64,000 nucleotides of DNA from a phage. The notes under the pieces were generated by a model that made no database searches, was not told the origin of the DNA, and saw only the letters and a list, made by a program, of their open reading frames with translations. Positions 62,619 to 64,000 of this stretch are shown here, piece by piece; positions within the stretch are counted from its first letter, which is position 1, and the number at the start of each line of letters is the position of its first letter. The stretch lies in the NCBI GenBank assembly GCA_012112355.1, contig GCA_012112355.1_3028.1; one strand, given 5' to 3'. The translations under genes and the position numbers were made by a program.

Positions 62619-63302
62619 TTATCGTTTTGTTGGAAGAGACAGAGGATCGCATTCTTCCTCTGATGGAGCGTCTTCAAGACCCATAGCATAGCGCAAAGCA
62701 TACTTCATCATCAGGATGTCTTTCGCACAGTCATGAATGGAATCATGCGCAACGAATCCATTTAAAGTTCCCTTTGGAAGAGGACACGTGGTCATATCAC
62801 GAACAAGTAGAAGTGCTTCAATTCTAGTACGAATGTCGCGTTGATTCCAGAATTTACATGGTTCTAACTTAAATGTGTCAAGCTCATTCTCAGAAACGCC
62901 GTTAAGACGTTGAATATCGCGAATGAGATCGACTAAAATTGGAAAATCAAACGACATTCCACGGCACCAGCCTTGAGATTTCCAAGGATCGATATTATGC
63001 GCATTGATGTAATCATTAAATTTTGCAATACCATCGATAGTGCTTACATCTTCATCGGATGGTGCAATATTTTTTCTAGCTTCAGGAGATTGATTCTTCC
63101 ACCATTCAATAGTGCTTTTAGTAAAAAGACGATGTCCTTTTTGGCTTTTTAAATCAAATTTGATTTTAATGCCACGTGAAACTAATTCATCAAATGTTTC
63201 AACAACTTCCGGGTTAGGGTCAAAAGCAATTACAGCCAAATCAATAACAGCTGCTTTTTCACCGCTTCCCATTGTTTCAAAATCTATAATAAAATCAAAC
63301 AT
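62619..63302 (-). CDS. dexA: exonuclease A (DEDD-type 3'-5' exonuclease)
   Basis: 227 aa; N-terminal IIDFET acidic motif. Confidence 0.85.
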   Translation of the reverse strand: MFDFIIDFETMGSGEKAAVIDLAVIAFDPNPEVVETFDELVSRGIKIKFDLKSQKGHRLFTKSTIEWWKNQSPEARKNIAPSDEDVSTIDGIAKFNDYINAHNIDPWKSQGWCRGMSFDFPILVDLIRDIQRLNGVSENELDTFKLEPCKFWNQRDIRTRIEALLLVRDMTTCPLPKGTLNGFVAHDSIHDCAKDILMMKYALRYAMGLEDAPSEEECDPLSLPTKR

Positions 63303-63559
63303 TAAACTTTCCTCGCTAAATCGCGAATTTGGCCTACAGTATAGTCTTGAATATAAACTTTATTAATAGGCTCATCAATAAATTTTGCCATAGATTCAAT
63401 ATCTTTTTGTATCTCTTTAAGACTGTATACTATCTTTGAAGCTTTTTCGCGAATAGTAATATTTTCAGGACCTGGATTTTCTTCAATGACAGCTTTAACA
63501 TTTGTCATAAGAGATTTAAACTGGTACCAACTCAACTCAATCATTAATAATCGCCTCAT
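63302..63559 (-). CDS. hypothetical protein
   Basis: 85-aa ORF. Confidence 0.5.
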   Translation of the reverse strand: MRRLLMIELSWYQFKSLMTNVKAVIEENPGPENITIREKASKIVYSLKEIQKDIESMAKFIDEPINKVYIQDYTVGQIRDLARKV

Positions 63560-63797
63560 AAAGATAGCTAATTTCGCCTAAAACGTAATCATTGATTGTA
63601 ACAGTTTTCACTTCACCGCAAAAGAATTCTAACGCAATTAAATCTCGTTCAATTTCTTCTAATTGAAGCATCAACTTATTAGATTCAATTTTTACAGTTT
63701 CACGATTTTTACCATGAGCAATTTCATAAATTTCGCTCACTTTATCTTGAAGCAGATAAAACTGATCTTTAGTTATTTCCACGAATAGCTTCCTCAA
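63537..63797 (-). CDS. hypothetical protein
   Basis: 86-aa ORF; track start is TTG, GTG after GAGGAAG is the likelier start. Confidence 0.45.
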   Translation of the reverse strand: MRKLFVEITKDQFYLLQDKVSEIYEIAHGKNRETVKIESNKLMLQLEEIERDLIALEFFCGEVKTVTINDYVLGEISYLYEAIIND

Positions 63798-64000
63798 ATT
63801 TAATTAGTAATTTACAGACACTTTCATCTAGTGTAATTACCGTATCTGTATTACTGTGATATGATTGTTTTTCAATTCGTTTAATTGCTAATATAGTATC
63901 ACTTATAAGATAAAGCTTATGAAGGAGCTCAGCTCCTGTTACCATAACATCGAGATTATCTTGCTTATTAGTATGCTTCCTTATACCATCTATTAGACGA
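63769..64000 (-). CDS. hypothetical protein, C-terminal part (5' end outside window)
   Basis: Open minus-strand frame from window edge to TAA near 63769. Confidence 0.35.
   Translation of the reverse strand, partial: RLIDGIRKHTNKQDNLDVMVTGAELLHKLYLISDTILAIKRIEKQSYHSNTDTVITLDESVCKLLIKFEEAIRGNN

Overview
This 64 kb window is a contiguous piece of a T-even (T4-like) myovirus genome. Gene content and order match T4 from baseplate hub gene 26 through the tail-fibre genes to dexA: 26 / 51-27-28-29-48-54 (plus strand) / alt pair, 30, rIII, 31, cd, pseT, alc, rnlA, denA, nrdB, nrdA, td, frd, 32, 59, 33, dsbA, rnh (minus) / 34-35-36-37-38-t (plus) / asiA, arn, motA, 52, ac, stp, ndd, denB, rIIB, rIIA, 39, dexA (minus). 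It is not T4 itself but a T2-like relative: td and nrdB are uninterrupted (no group I introns), nrdA and nrdB are adjacent (no homing-endonuclease insert), gene 39 is one continuous 606-aa ORF (no gene 60 split), and gp37 is long with a T2-type gp38 adhesin. Gene identities are from my recall of T4 protein sequences and motifs, not from a database search. The hyperplastic regions carry many small ORFs, each usually preceded by a T4-type early promoter cassette. I found no foreign multi-gene system. The most unusual items are a tandem pair of diverged Alt-like ADP-ribosyltransferases, extra ORFs inserted in the frd-td-nrdA operon, a tandem triplet of paralogous small genes, a GC-rich ORF-free gap next to rIII, and a repeated promoter/stem-loop cassette family. 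Coordinates for non-CDS features are approximate (a few nt).
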